Shown piece by piece: positions 11,244 to 25,982 of a stretch of 64,000 nucleotides of DNA. A program made the position numbers and the translations under genes. The DNA comes from Geosiphon pyriformis uo1 (Eukaryota; Fungi; Glomeromycota). The notes beneath the pieces are model-generated. The model was not told where the DNA came from. It was given only the letters and a program-made list of their open reading frames with translations, and ran no database searches. The number at the start of each line of letters is the position of its first letter. Within the stretch, counting starts at the first letter, position 1. The stretch is taken from contig JAAOMT010000699.1 of NCBI GenBank assembly GCA_016748015.1, positions 293,322 through 357,321 of the forward strand, read 5' to 3'.

Positions 11244-12791
11244 ATGAAGTATTTTTTGTGTTTAAAAATAAAATTCAAGTGGTGAAGTAATTTATTGTAA
11301 CAGAAACAGTCTATGACGCAAAGTGCTGATGCCCCTTCCAAAATAGGCACTCTAATCAATAATGATCTGTATCTCCATCAATTGCCTTTATCAAAGCCAT
11401 TCGATTGGTCGGTAGTATTGAGCAAAAATGCAGGGTTATCACTTTAGCATTATCAGCCACCAAAAAGTCTAGATTTAAACAGCTACTTTAGGCATGTACA
11501 AAATTAAAATTTACAATTGAATAATGATACATATTGGGAATTTGGGGCAAAGTTTTTAGGGAAGCAAGCGCCTGAAGTAATAACAGCAATTTCTTAAAAA
11601 TATTTTACTGGTTCTTGGATAAATTTTTTATAAATCACAGTTATTTCATTTTACTTTGCGAAAATGTTTCAACGAAACGTTTTGATGTCAACCATGACGC
11701 TAAGGCAAATTTTATTATTTTAATTGAACGAAATTTCCGAATAAAAGTAATATTAAAATTTTAATAAGAATTAAAAAATTTTATGCTTTTGTATATTATG
11801 TCGGCTTTCTTACAGTTTGATTACTAAATTTTATATATAATATTAATAAAAAATATAATTGTTTAAAAAAATCTTTAAATGTTATAAAACATTATAATCA
11901 ATATTTTTTAAGTTATTAAATTAGTTTTTATTTTGATAATTATATAACTGTATTTTAAAAAGAAGATTTGGTAAATGAGTGTAAAAAATTTTAATATTTT
12001 TTGTTAAAATTGTAATAAAAAATTTGGCATATTTGGCATTTTTTGCACTTTATTTTAATTAAACATAAAAATTCTAATTGTACTCTTTGAAATATTTAAA
12101 ATTATTTCATTATGTTGTATAATGTTAATTTTCAATGTTATTTATTTATTTTGAATATAAGATTAATTTTAAAGTTTTTATACAAGATTAAAAATAAAAT
12201 GACTACTATAATTTTTTTAAAATTATTGTTTATTTGGTAAACATTTTATTTTACAAGTCTAAGTTTCTTCTTAAGTTAATTTCAACAAAAAATATTGTCA
12301 TTTTTTATTTTAAAAAAATTGAGAAAAGAAATTGTTCAATGTGCAAGTGATACTTTTTATAACTTGATCAACTATTAAAGGTGATTTATATAAAAAATAA
12401 AAACTTATAAATTTATTAAATTGAATATTCAAATGTAGCAATAGTAATAATCAAGATAAAATGATAGGAGCAATTTAAGGTAAATAATAAATAATCAAAA
12501 GAAATAAGTTTTAAAAGTACAATCTTAAAATTACAAACAATGAATAGACTGTTAAAAAAAGGATACAAACAAGCCAAATTGAATATAATATTTAAAAGTG
12601 ATTCTTCAAACTTTGTTTGGTACCATGGGATGTGACTTTATTATTTCTATACTTTTTTTTAAAAGAGTTAAAAATCAGGTTAATGATCTGAAAGATTTCA
12701 CCAGAGACGTTGGATGAATCAAGAAATGTAGATCTAACGGGAAGAATAAAAATTTCAATAGAGAAATCAATTTATTGTCATACTTTCTTAG

Positions 12792-12924
12792 TCTATTAAA
12801 TCTTTTTCTACTTTCACAATGATACTAGTACTGACAGGGTTAAAATTAGCTCTTTTATTTCTATTAAATCTTTTTCTACTTTCGCAATGATACTAATACT
12901 GGCAGGGTTAAAATTGACTCTTTT
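12792..12924. repeat. ~68-bp imperfect tandem duplication in the GPCR pseudogene C-terminal tail
   Basis: Two diverged copies of TCTATTAAATCTTTTTCTACTTTC(A/G)CAATGATACTA(G/A)TACTG(A/G)CAGGGTTAAAATT..CTCTTTTA. Confidence 0.85.
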
Positions 12925-14473
12925 AGATTTATATGAATTTCCCTCCCATTCATTAATTACATAAGCTATCCCGTTTGCACTTCCACAAAAACCCAATGCT
13001 ATTTTTTTTGAAGATATAAAATAATTTAAGACTTTGTACTTTCAAATTAAAAAAACTTATGACTTGATAAGATGAAAACAGACCTATCACATTGATCAAA
13101 TAAACCCAGACTTCGTGGTACTATCGATCGGCAATTCAAATTAGTACTTAGAATACTTTAAATCCTTTAGAAAATAATTGTACTTAAATGGGAACTTACC
13201 CCTACCATCAATAATAATAAATGCAGTAAATAGGGTAGCTAAAATTAAGGAATATGAATCTATGTTAATCACGATGATGAGAAAATCAAAATTTTGTCGG
13301 CTAACATGCATGCAAAATCTTAGCCAAAGCAAAGAAAAAACAGTGAAACATGACGAGAAATTTTTCGCGTGGCATGATATTCCATTTTTGCCTCATGAAA
13401 TAGTATGATCCGAGCCAGTTTTTAAAATATTCCGAGATGAAGAAATAGATTTGAAAATTCGATAATAGGCAACTGTTATTGATATAAAAACTAGGCTATT
13501 GATTGTAATGTGTAGAAAAATTAAGCTTTTGTACCCATTTATTGAACCACACCTAAGAATTTTATCGGTTTTAGATTGAGATGCATGACTTTAATAAAAT
13601 TATTCAAAATTGGAAGTCACTTAACACCATCTTTGTTCTCCTATAGCTCCTTCAAAAAGTGGGGGACCAACGAATAAAATTTTAAGCAAATTATCAACAA
13701 AACGAGTTTGTAGTCTTATCTTCCCAGATCAGGGTTCCATTTCCGGCATACTAGGTATTCCACAAGAAAAATTTAAAATTGAAGCATGTTTACAAATTAA
13801 AAAAGTTTGATTGATATAGCTGACCTTTGAAATAAGTCAAAAAATTTAGAGCGATGAAAAAAAGGAATCAAGCAAACTATAGCATAACCCTGAAATTCTA
13901 AAAAAAAAAATTAGATATTGTTTCTCTGACCACGGAGTAGCATAAAAATTATGCCATGACTCTAATATTTAAAAGATATAAAATGATTGTTCATGAGATT
14001 TTTGAGGATAAAAGTGAAGAATGTATTAAGACTTACTAAATTCAAAAAAGTTATAATATAATTGATTCCATCTAAAATGATAGAGATTCAATCAAAATTT
14101 TGAAATTAAATATATAAATATTTCTTTTTGATCTACCTATTACAGCTTTATAAAATGTCAAACGTAATGACATGGGTAAAGAAATGATTTCCAATTTGCA
14201 TAAGTTCAATAAAGAACATATATGACCGAAATTAGAACTATGTGTAGGGTGATCAGACATGGAAACATCATAATATATAGTAATCTGTTTCTTTAACCCC
14301 ATAAAAAAGATCCAGAGTGAGGCCAGTAAATATTTGAGGGAGCATAAGAATTGGAAGAATTTTTACATATAAAAGTTTTAGGAATGGCATTAGCATTAAG
14401 TGAGAAAATTGACAAAATAAAAATGCTTTGAATTATTGGTTCCAACACGGATAAAGTTTGGGGATAAATTCAT
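12814..14473 (-). pseudogene. GPCR pseudogene, paralog of the 7537-9005 gene
   Basis: Eight exon remnants align with the intact gene: LPMSLRLTFYKAVI|D, GINYIITFLNL, ..PWSEKQ..IAL..TYFK|V, CRKWNPDLGR*DYKL..GEQRW, CGS..YYRIF..*..MEYHATRKISRHVSLFFL, LPYLLHLLLLMVG, YHEVWVYLINVI, ALGFCGSANGIAYVINE. Contains stops, frameshifts and a damaged splice donor. The 5' boundary is approximate. Confidence 0.8.
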
Positions 14474-17400
14474 TTTTGAAGTGAATGAATGAATGAATTA
14501 GACCTTTGTTTTGAGTTGTAATTTTCATTTTAAGCATAAGATAGCAATACTTAGTTTAAAAAAAAAAACGAGAATTATAAACAATTTTACTTTAATCAAT
14601 TTTTTTTTTACTCGCCAGTTATAAATATTATATTCAATTTATTTAAAAAATTCTAAAATAAAATAAAAAATATAATTTAAAAAATTAATTAATTTTATTC
14701 ATTTATTAAAAAGCAATCTTTAAAAATTAAAATCAAAAATTATAAAACAATTAATAATTGTTTTATATATATATATATTTTTTGCAATTTTGACAAAAAA
14801 TTCTTTATGTATGAATTAATTAGAGTTAATTCATAAGTTAAATAATTAAGTTAATAATTAAAAAATTAATGATCGAATTTGAATAAATTATTCATTTTTT
14901 TTTTTTAAAGATAATTATTTATTTTAAATAAAAAATTAATTGAATTTATTTAAATTATTTGATAAATGATAAAAAAAAAATTAATGATTAAATTTAATTA
15001 ATTATTTATTTATTTTGAGTTTTTTGTTACAATTTTAATCAAATGAAAAATAAATGAAAATTTCCAAATTGCAATAATAAAAATTCAAAATTGAATATAA
15101 ACATTAATGATGTTGGAAAACTTTGATTGATAAAATTTTTTTTTTTTTTTCAAGAAAAATCTAATTTTTGGTGAAACTTTAAATTTTTTTAATATTTTGA
15201 TATTTCCAATCATTTATATTTTACTATTAAATAAATAAAATGTAAAGAAAATTTTTTTTCCTCAAATTACGTAAATATAACAAAAGAATTTGTCGTACCA
15301 AGAGAGGCATTTAATTTATTACATTATAGTAGATATCAGTAAAACAAGTTTACAATATCAAAAATAAATGCGTTTTAAAGTTGATATATTTCAAAAAACT
15401 GGACAAAATCCTGCTTTGATTTAAAATATTGAACTATTTTAAGCTCCTGTTTCATTTTTGTGCAATTTAAGGGAGATTTTGTATTTGTTCTTCTGAAAAG
15501 TATCGTGATTGTGCTCTTTACGAATCAAAGCTAAAAAGTGATTTTTAAAAGTAAAAGCTATCACATTTTTTTTTTCTTTATATGATACAAAATTATACAT
15601 TGTTCAGCTAAAAAAGGTATAGGTCATTGTCACATCGGGTTAAAAAGTTTCTCGATCGTTTTCATTTCCTACTTGCATAATCGGAAGTGATTGTACAATA
15701 AAAACGACGCCAGAATCAGGAGGTTTTCGACGCGTTCAAATTCACCTTTTTTTTCACAATCTATGAATATCTACCAAGTTTGTAATGCCGCAATTTATTA
15801 ATTAATTTTTATAGACCTTTTAAATATGATAACTTTTTATTCTTTAGGAAAAGATTTTCTAATAATTTGAATTTTAATTAGAGACGCGTCGAGATGAACA
15901 AGATTGCAATTCGGGAGAGCATATATTATTTTTAGTATTTTCTCTTGTAAAAAAAAATTTCAAGTTTTCGAGATTAAACCTGTTTATCGGTAATACCTTT
16001 CACTGAACAATAAGTTATCTTCTTATCCTAATGAAGTTTAGGTGAAGGCGTATCATTAAACGTAGTAAGACTTTTAGCCTAGTTTATCTTTAACATGACT
16101 CATTCCAGACAAGAATTCCCATAAACTTATTTTTAAAGTTTAATGAAGTCTTTGATCAATACCTTTTTAAGAAATGAAGAATGAAATTATTGGCTGTTTT
16201 GACTCAAAATTTGATACTACATACTCTATGAGTGTGTTGTGAATGTTACATATTTTAAAAGAAACTTGTTTTTTAAACCAGTTGTTGAATAATAATTATT
16301 CTAATAATTGATGGAAAAAAAATACGAAATAAGGTAGTACACGTTACCAAAGATTTGGGATTTAGGTTTAGACATTCTTTATGGACTTTTTCCAAACGGT
16401 TTATACAAAGGTTTGGTACTATGTATGGGAAAACTCCTTGTTTGAGAGAGAGACTTTTTTATCTTACCAATCATTAAATAATAATAATTTCTCAAAAGGA
16501 TAAGTTGATCAAGCCAAAATGAATCACAATATTAAAAAAAAATTTTTTTTTTGGAAGTAGATTTCATTTTTTGAAATACTTTTCATAAAGATTCGAAAAG
16601 ATTCATGTGTTTCTTTGAAGTGATTTCGGGAAGTCAATATATGATCCAGAAAAAGGTTGTACAAATTTGTTGTGGACAACAACGAGAAACTAAATCAAAA
16701 TATAGTTTTTTTTTCCTATGTTTAATCCACACATGTCTAGTTTTTACCTTTTCGAACACAAAATGACAAAATTCAGAATGTAGTCTTTAGTAAATAATTG
16801 TTTGAACCTTTGAAACTAGAGGAAGTGACCGAATTATTCTTTTAAGAATATTATCAAAGGTGATTGTGATTAGTTGTGATTAATCATCTATCATCTGATC
16901 CATTAATATAATGGAATAATCAATAATTATGTTTTATATTTTAAATAAAATGAATTCTCATATAACATTATAAGAGTATTTAAATTAAAAGAGTTTATTA
17001 TAGAGTAAGACCGATTTTTCTTTAGTTTAGGTTGATTTAATCTTAGAGTATTGTGTATAACTTCATCCCATTTTTGTTATGGATCTGTTTTTCATAATAC
17101 GTGGGTATAACCTGATTTTATGTTTGAGGTCTTGGGCACAGTTAAAAGTCTAATTTGATAAAGTAACTATGAATATAAAGAAACGTGAATGAATTTAGGG
17201 TTTCAAAGGAAAATGTGCATAAACATTAGTTCAAATTTAAAAAAATTTTCCTCGTCATTAAAAAGTTTGAAAAAACTATTTTTAGAAAATAAGTCAAAAC
17301 TTTTAGTTGGGCAATCAAATATATATTAAATAATAATTATTATTATTATTTAAAATAAATGACGAAAAAAAAGGATAAATATTTTTCTTAAATTCAAAAA

Positions 17401-17684
17401 AAATATGGGGAATTTTAAATTATTATTATGTAATTTTGAATCTTTAGCATAAAAATAGAAATTAATTAAATGTTCAATATATTTTAGAATCCAATCAAAC
17501 TTTTTACCAATCTCTAAATTAAAATATTTTGATTAGAATTTTAAATTCTTTAATAATTTTCTATTTGGGTATAGTACTTTTAAATTTTTTCATTTGGACA
17601 AGACAAATCTTTTTTCATAAAAATTTCATCAACCTACGAGAACTGCAATTTTCATTATTTATTATATGATTTATTTTATTAGAG

Positions 17685-17685
<1 letters not shown>

Positions 17686-17755
<70 letters not shown>
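17686..17755. repeat. Palindromic microsatellite (AAT)n/(ATT)n
   Basis: An (AAT) run abuts directly onto an (ATT) run, forming a self-complementary tract. Confidence 0.9.
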
Positions 17756-17757
<2 letters not shown>

Positions 17758-19615
17758 ATTACACTGCCGTTGTTTACAACTTGAATTATAAACAAAAAAC
17801 GGGATTGGTCATCAAATAAGGTTCCAAAGTTTAACGAATAATTTTCACTGGTTTTTCGTGTTGGTCGAACGTTTCATTTAAGATCTGCATAAAAGAAATA
17901 CCTATATGAAGTGAGAAACCCTCAATAATGATTTTAATTAAACGTCATATAACTTTGTTAATAATATTAGATAATTTTAAATTTTTCAGAGTTTTTTGTT
18001 TACCATTAGATGGAATTTTTTTTTTAAAAAAAAGATCAGGAATAGATATTAAATTCAGAGTATTTTATTACTTTTCGGTTTAAATTTCACGACATAAATT
18101 TCAAAACTTTTTTTTTTTTTTTTTAATATAATGTTAAAGAAACTTCTAATTACAGTGTTCAAGAGTGAAGTTTACAATAAATATAAAATAGTTTCTTAAA
18201 TGGTCATTTTTTGACTTTTGTACTCGTCAATTTACTTTTAATCGGACCATTTATGCAATAAAATCAAAGAGACCCAAAGAAGTTGACCTACCAAATCAAT
18301 GGTTCCAATTAAATCAACAGAAATTCATAAAATTTTTGATACCAAACAATTGGACACGTTTTTTATTGGACCATTCTGACCATCAGTTTGTCATAGCTTC
18401 TAATTCGTACACAAGTTTAAATTCCCACATTCAATATGATTGCATTCAACCTTGTTCTTGTGTAAAAAATAAACCTGAAATTTGATTTTTCAACTTTATT
18501 CAAATGGTGGTAATACGTTAGAATATATTATTTGCATATTTTTCAACAAAAAAAAAAAGAAAAAAAAAAGAAACAAACCGAAAAATAGGGTTTTTTCTAT
18601 TTTTATGATAAATTTTCTTTGGTCAAAGAAATTTTATTACACATGTGTCAGATATTCGAATTTTTTTCGGTAAATATAATATTATTAAAAGATTTTTTTA
18701 TTGTATTAGTTTTCAAATCTTGTTCACAATTACCAAAGACAAAGACTAGAAAGTTTTTTTTTTTTTTTAAAAAAAAAATGGTTGCAAACAAATTATTATT
18801 TTTTAAATTCAAGTTAAAAGATTCTAATATCTAAATTATTCATATTCCAAATTATCAAAAAAAATCTTTGATAAAATATATAATATAATTTTTTGCTCAA
18901 AAATTAAACTTTTATTTTATTTTTATTTTTTGAATTTTAAAATTAAAGTTTATCGTACTAAAATTCAATAAATCAATGCGAGATATTTAAATCTTTTAAA
19001 AATAAATTGGATTTTTATTTGTCACAAATATTTATTATTCATTCCAATCGATCGAAACTTAAATCAGTGATAAATTATTATTTTTTTTTAAAATTCAACT
19101 CATAAATACCAAATAAATAATTTTTTTTAAAAAAAACATACCCTTAAAGTTTTTTTTTTAGAAAACTATAAAATAAACAAACTACAAATAAACAAACCAA
19201 TTAAAATTCATTTTAAATTTAGAAATTGTGAAAAAAAAAACAAACTTATTTAGGCAATTTTTTAAAATTATTTTAAACCAATTAAAATTCTTACCTTGAA
19301 AAAAAAAAATTATGCAAAGGAAATTACTCTTTTAAATCAGTTAAATAATGAACAATTTATTTTTAATTAGCTTTGCATGATAAACATTACTTTTTTTAGA
19401 TTTTCAAATTTCCACGAGACTAAAAAACATTATTTTCTTCATTTAATGCAATAACCCCATTGCTATATATCGTGTAACAGATTTTCACGGTAAATTTAAA
19501 GAAAAAGGAAAGTATTGAACTTTAAAGAACTTTAAAAAAATTTTCCTTTAATTATCATTTTAATTATTAAAAATATGAAAATTTATAAAACTTGTATATT
19601 ATTATAAATTTTTTC

Positions 19616-19685
<70 letters not shown>
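19616..19685. repeat. (AAT)n microsatellite
   Basis: Direct observation; it explains spurious ORF 19567..19761. Confidence 0.9.
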
Positions 19686-19816
19686 TGAAATTGATTCTAT
19701 ATATAAAAAAATTGTATTTAATAACAATAATTAATTCAATTGCAAAGAATTTCTTTATCATTTTTAAATGTAAATTAGGTTATATTTCAAAGATTTGGTT
19801 TTTATGAGGGCTTCAC

Positions 19817-19847
<31 letters not shown>

Positions 19848-20183
19848 TATTTAATCATATTAAAAAGGATAGACGGTAAATACAAAGATTTTTTGAAAGA
19901 ACTTTTGTACATAACAATGCATAAGAAACTACAGCATGCATGAAAATGTACCATTATTGTATAAAAATGTAATTTTGCCCAATGGTGCTTTTCATTCTTT
20001 CACCACAAAAATGATTTCAATTTAAATATCCTCCGTGGCATATAATGCGTTTAGCCCTGAATAAATTGTTTTAGCTATCACCATTACATTTTGATCATAA
20101 TCACCAAATAAAATTTTATCTACCCAGACTAATTTACCGCATGCGTCAATGATGATACAACAAAAAATATTAAAAGTATTGAA

Positions 20184-20197
20184 TGATAATGATAATA

Positions 20198-20237
<40 letters not shown>
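20184..20237. repeat. (GAT)n microsatellite
   Basis: Direct observation. Confidence 0.9.
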
Positions 20238-21281
20238 CTAAAAAATGCAGAAATAAAAAGTAACCAAACAAAAATACACCCAACTGCCCTGCAGTACTTT
20301 TACGTCAATATAGAATTAGACAAATAAAAAGGGGGTGAAAATTTAATTTTGTGACTTTGGAAAATTTTTTATCAGAGAACAAAAAGAATCTAGAATTCGG
20401 GTTTGTTTACTTTTTTAAATACTAAAATTATTTTAATACACACACGAACCAATATTCAGAAAAAAATGGTTTGCATGTTTGTGCACACAACAAAATGCTT
20501 TGAATTGATTACTTTTGAGTCTATTCATAAATTTTTAATGTTTCTTTATGTTCACAACAAGAAACCAAAATGCATCCCCAGTTATTCATGGATTTTCCTT
20601 CATCTACTGTTTAATGTATTAATCTATTTATTTTTAATAAAAAGGAAAATTATTTTGTTAAAGTTAACTGCAGAGCCCCCACATTTGGTGACAAAGCGAA
20701 AATTATTGTATTAAGAAAACGCACTTACCATTCAAATGCACTGTTCTAAAAGGACAAAAAAATTTTTGTTTATTAAAGCAAAAAAATTTAAAAAAAAAAA
20801 ATTGATTTCTTTATTTATCCCAGTCACAAAAACTTTTTGTTTTCGTCACTTTCCTTTTTCTCTGCATTGTATTAACTACCCCTTCAATTTTATATTAACT
20901 ACGACATAATATAAAACGAAATAACTAATAAACCAAGGTACGAAGTTGATCTTACTCCAGATTTTATATTAAACATACCTTGAAATAGAATTGGGTGTGA
21001 AAATTAAATTAACTTTCCTTGCTTAAAAAAATTATAATTTGTTTTTTAGTAAAAGTTTTTATATATATATATTCACCCTCCTGGCTTCAATTCTTTTGCC
21101 ATCACGACATCCCGAATCATCTGTTCTTTAGTTCAATGGTTTTCCTCCTCCTTCATTATTCACATTGAATCTTTTTAGCTAATTTTAATCCAAATTCTAC
21201 ACGCCAATTTGGACTAGAAAGATTTTCAAAATCAAAAAACTCGACGTCATCAATCATTTTCACACTTTTACGGATCTTTTG

Positions 21282-21431
21282 CTATCACTCTCTCTCTTTC
21301 TATCACTCTCTCTCTTTCTATCACTCTCTCTCTTTCTATCACTCTCTCTCTTTCTATCACTCTCTCTTTCTCTCTTTCTTTCTTTCTTTCTTTCTCTCTC
21401 TTTCTCTCTCTCTCTCTCCCTCTTTCTCTCT
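21282..21431. repeat. 18-bp minisatellite (CTATCACTCTCTCTCTTT x4 plus a partial copy) merging into a CT/CTTT tract
   Basis: Perfect units at 21282, 21300, 21318 and 21336; shortened unit at 21354. Confidence 0.9.
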
Positions 21432-23834
21432 TTTATTAACAATCTACTAGATCAATTGAAAGCTTAATTTATAGATTATGTATATTTGTCATAATCTTAA
21501 CATTCATCATACAATTCCATGACTTTTAAAGCATGATTAATAGATAGCTTTCAAAGATTTAACAACATCAACTCTGAAATCTTGGCTTTAAATAGCTAAA
21601 TGATGATGATGATGATGATGATGATGGTGATTCTTTTTCATCTTTTTTCATCTTTTTCACGTTTAATTTGACCAAAGCAAATCGATCCCTTAATATTTAC
21701 GACAACTTTCCATCTTTATGGTATATCTCAAGTGGGCGATCATTTCCCTCAGGGAAACTTTACTGTCATGGAAAAGATTATGATGATTAACGCATTCAAC
21801 TTTTACACTTTAGTCTTCATTCAAATAAATTTGGAAACAACTATCTAAAACATAAAATTTCAGTCTCTTCAACCTTTTATTTGACGAGTGACCTATCAAA
21901 GCGTTAATTCCAAATCTTTATTCGTCCAGGGTAAAAACAGTAAAATAGTCGCATTAATTTAATTGGCTATTTGGCTTTCATATTATGCTTCTCAAACACC
22001 CGTTAGCTTTTCTATGACGAGTTTTTCTCGGAATTTTTAACTTCAAAATTGAAAAAAAGCTTTTAAGCAACATCAATTTGATTATGAAAAAACATTATAT
22101 CAAAAATTTTTTCATCCCTCTTGAGAAACTCTTTTGAAAAATTTCTTCCTCTAAAGAACAGATGATTACTCCTCTTCCATAAGACCCTTCAAATTCACAC
22201 AACTCTCCTTTTTTTTTTCTTTTTTTGATGATAAAGGCGCTTTTACATTGAATTATAATCGTCAAAAACCTGGATGATTTAGAAGTTCACATAATTGTGA
22301 TCAAAATTTTAATGATCTTAACCATCTAATGATTTAACGAAATTCCGCGCTTAACATTACATTCTTTAAACAAGTTAAAAATTATGACAAAAAAAATTCA
22401 AATCTCACAATACTCCATCTCTATATACAAAAATGAAAAAATTCTTGAGAATTTGAGATTATTTTTTTACCCTTTTTAACTTTTAATTTTTCTTAAAATA
22501 CGGTTATGACTCTATTGGAAATATTCTTTTTTTATTTTTCTCTTTTTCTATTTTTTTTTTTCCAATATGAAGATAATCTGTATTCTATTCTGATATCTGA
22601 ATTGGAAGTTGTTATTTGATACTTGGAAGCTAAAAATTAGTCTCAAGACAAATAATGTTTCATTTTATCATTTTTTCTCTGATATCAAAATTTATTTCAT
22701 TCTTTTCAATTTTCCAAAAAAAATTTTAAAAAAAAATTATGTTCAAATTTAGATTGACAAAAAAGTTTCAGTTTTTCACAGAGTTTTTATTTTTCAGCTT
22801 CAGAATTTATTATACAATCAACAAACGAACTATACACCATTTGAAACGTTACGTTTTTTAAATTTTTTTTTTCTTTATTCATTCAAAATAGTCGCATCAT
22901 CGAACTCGACAAAGGACAATAATCGTGTTTAAAACCTAGAAATTTTTAGGATAGAAAATTTTCAGGTCTCGTAATCGAATTTTATTTCGCGTTTTTTTCC
23001 CTTTTTTTTTTTTTTTTGGTAGTATTTTAGGCTTAGGGTTTCCTTTGAAAAGGGTTTTGGGAATTTTTTGTATTTTTTTTTTATTAAGTCAAATTTTTTA
23101 TATCACAATATAGAAACTTCTTATTCTTTTATAACTTTAAATTGAAACTTTTTAAAAGGAATTTTAATTTAAAGAATATTAAAAGCTTTTCGATTTTAGA
23201 ATTTTTTTGTTGTCTCTGGCGGGGGTTTTGAGAGTTCTTTAGTAGTTTTAGTTTTCTTATTCTTTTTGTCATTTTTTTGATATAAAATATAAATATTATT
23301 CATCATTTTTTATTTATCGTTTTGACTCTTTATTTAAATTTTTTTATGGTAACTTTTAACTTTCCGATCATTCAGTTTTTACATGATTTTCTTTGATTTC
23401 AGTTAATCATGTTTTCTTGTCCTTTTTTTATTTGGCAAAATTGTTTTTTTTTAATATTATAAAAATAAAAAATAAAAAAACATAATTATAGTTTACTTTG
23501 AAATTTTTGCGTAAATATTTTCATTTTTTTTTTATGAGTGAATATATTACAACAATTCAATATTTTTTTCAATTTTCAAACTCTTTGTATTTTTTCAAAA
23601 GATAAAATGGTCAATAAATGAAATCAAATTATAGCTGACTTTAATTTGATTTAAAAATCTTTGATTTATTGACTTTATTAAATGTTTTATTATTGAAACT
23701 TGATCTCATCTATAATTTTGTTTAACGCTTTTTGCGATCAATCAAATTTTTTTATCTAAAGCGGAGTTACCGAATTCTGCTGATCAATTCGATTCAATTA
23801 ATTCATTGGTGTTACATAAAATGATCCCAATTGA

Positions 23835-23837
<3 letters not shown>

Positions 23838-23873
<36 letters not shown>

Positions 23874-23878
23874 TGTGT
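23838..23878. repeat. (GT)n microsatellite
   Basis: Direct observation. Confidence 0.9.
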
Positions 23879-24138
23879 TAATTTTACACAAAAAAGTTTT
23901 GTAAATTTTTTTTGACTGCACAAACTCTTTTCCTACTTTTTTTAGAATTGATGAAAATCAAGGGTAAAATCAAATATATACAATACCGTTAATATTTTTG
24001 CATTTAATATATGCGTGTGATTAAAGAATTTACATGAAATATGATCTTTTTAATTTGTATCATTGAGCAATGAAAAAATTTCAGTTATTTAATTTTAAAA
24101 AAAAAATTCACCAAAGAAGATTTTTATTATTATTATCA

Positions 24139-24190
24139 TTTGATTTGATTTGATTTGATTTGATTTGATTTGATTTGATTTGATTTGATT
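24139..24190. repeat. (TTTGA)n pentanucleotide repeat
   Basis: About 10 perfect units. Confidence 0.9.
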
Positions 24191-25349
24191 AATTATGCAT
24201 AAATCTTTTTTAATCGATATAAACAATAGAACTTTTTACGCAAATTTTTTTTTCATTTTTAGGGTTTGGATTAATAAAGAGATATGTCCGAAGAGAAAAA
24301 CTTTATTATTATTTGCATTGGTTTTTAATCAAAAGTCTCCCTAAAAAATTTAATTCATTACATAAAAAAATTCTTTTTTTTTTAAAAAGGTATCATATTA
24401 TATAACTATCATTGGATTTATTTGGCATATATTGGTAATAAAAAAAAAGCATTTTATTAACGTATTGATATCCGATAGAATTATTTTTGTATTAATTAGA
24501 TTTGAAAAAGAATTCTTTTTTTAATTTGAAATCATAACCAATATAATCAAACCTTCTAATTTTGATTCTCCTATTAATAGGGAAAAAAAAAAGGTTTGTA
24601 TTTTCTGTGTTTTTGATTAAATCAGATAAATGAGAGATAAAAAGTAAAATTATTTGAAATTTAATGTGTAATAAGAATAGTTTAAACTTTTTCTTCTTCC
24701 AAAAGAAACTTCTAAATATTAAAAGTATACATATATACTATATTATTATTATTATTATTATTATTCGGAAAAATAAATTTTTTATTATTATTTCAAATTG
24801 ATGGTTAAAAAATATATTATAATATTTTTAATTTTTAAATTTAATAAATGAAGATAAGAATGATAACGAGAATTGTATTGTTTATGATATCTTGGTTTAA
24901 TACATCTTTTTTATGTTACAGTGTAACAAAATTTGATTATTCATGCAGAAAATAGTGAAAAATAAATGGATTAGCTGTTTGGGAAGGAAGGAAGGAAGGA
25001 AGGAAAAAACAAATATTGTGGAGATTTTTGAATAAAGTCTGGATCAATATTAAATATATTTAAAATAATCTCTATTTATAACATTTATTAATATAAAAAG
25101 TCAGCTATATATATATATTTCATTTAACGAATGCTTGATGAATGATCATAGTAGGTACCTGGTGAACCTGATGAATGATATGACATTGCATAAATAAAAA
25201 CTATAAATGTTGATTTTTGATCACTGTTTGCCGAGAAATTTTTAATTTGAAGATTACATGTATAAAGTTTATTGATTTTTAGTGATCATTATTAAGATAT
25301 TCTAGCAGCTGATTTCTCCTGCATCTTTTTTTTTTTTTTTTTTTTTTAA

Positions 25350-25369
25350 NNNNNNNNNNNNNNNNNNNN
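25350..25369. other. Assembly gap (20 N) between poly-T and poly-A runs
   Basis: Run of N characters; the true gap length is unknown. Confidence 1.
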
Positions 25370-25765
25370 TAAAAAAAAAAAAAAAAGGGTAAGTATTTTA
25401 ATTGGTTTTTTAACTTTTATAGAAAAGATTATCATTATTATTGGTTTAAAATATTTAAAAGGTATCGGATGGCAAAAAAAAGGGAAATTATAAATGTTTA
25501 ATAAAAATAAAATAAAATTTCAAAGCTTTTTATTTGTTGACGAAACGGAAATGATGACATGAAGATCTTTGTGTTTTAATTCAATTTTGTACGGCATTAC
25601 ACAATACTAAAACCGAGTTTGATTAAATAAATTTTTTTTTTGTAAAAAAGTGATTTTTGAAATAATCACTTTTAGTTATGAGGAATAATCACTTTTATAT
25701 TTAGATTATGTCTTAAATTTACCTTAATTTAAAAAAATTATTTATCTTTACATAATTTTAATCTT

Positions 25766-25982
<217 letters not shown>

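Noticed and set aside
16150-16900. Possible eroded gene (moderately complex sequence)
   Set aside because: No ORF over 60 aa, no consistent splice model and no recognisable motif.
25131-25191. Possible C/D-box snoRNA (two TGATGA motifs, one CTGA)
   Set aside because: No terminal D box and no recognisable rRNA guide.
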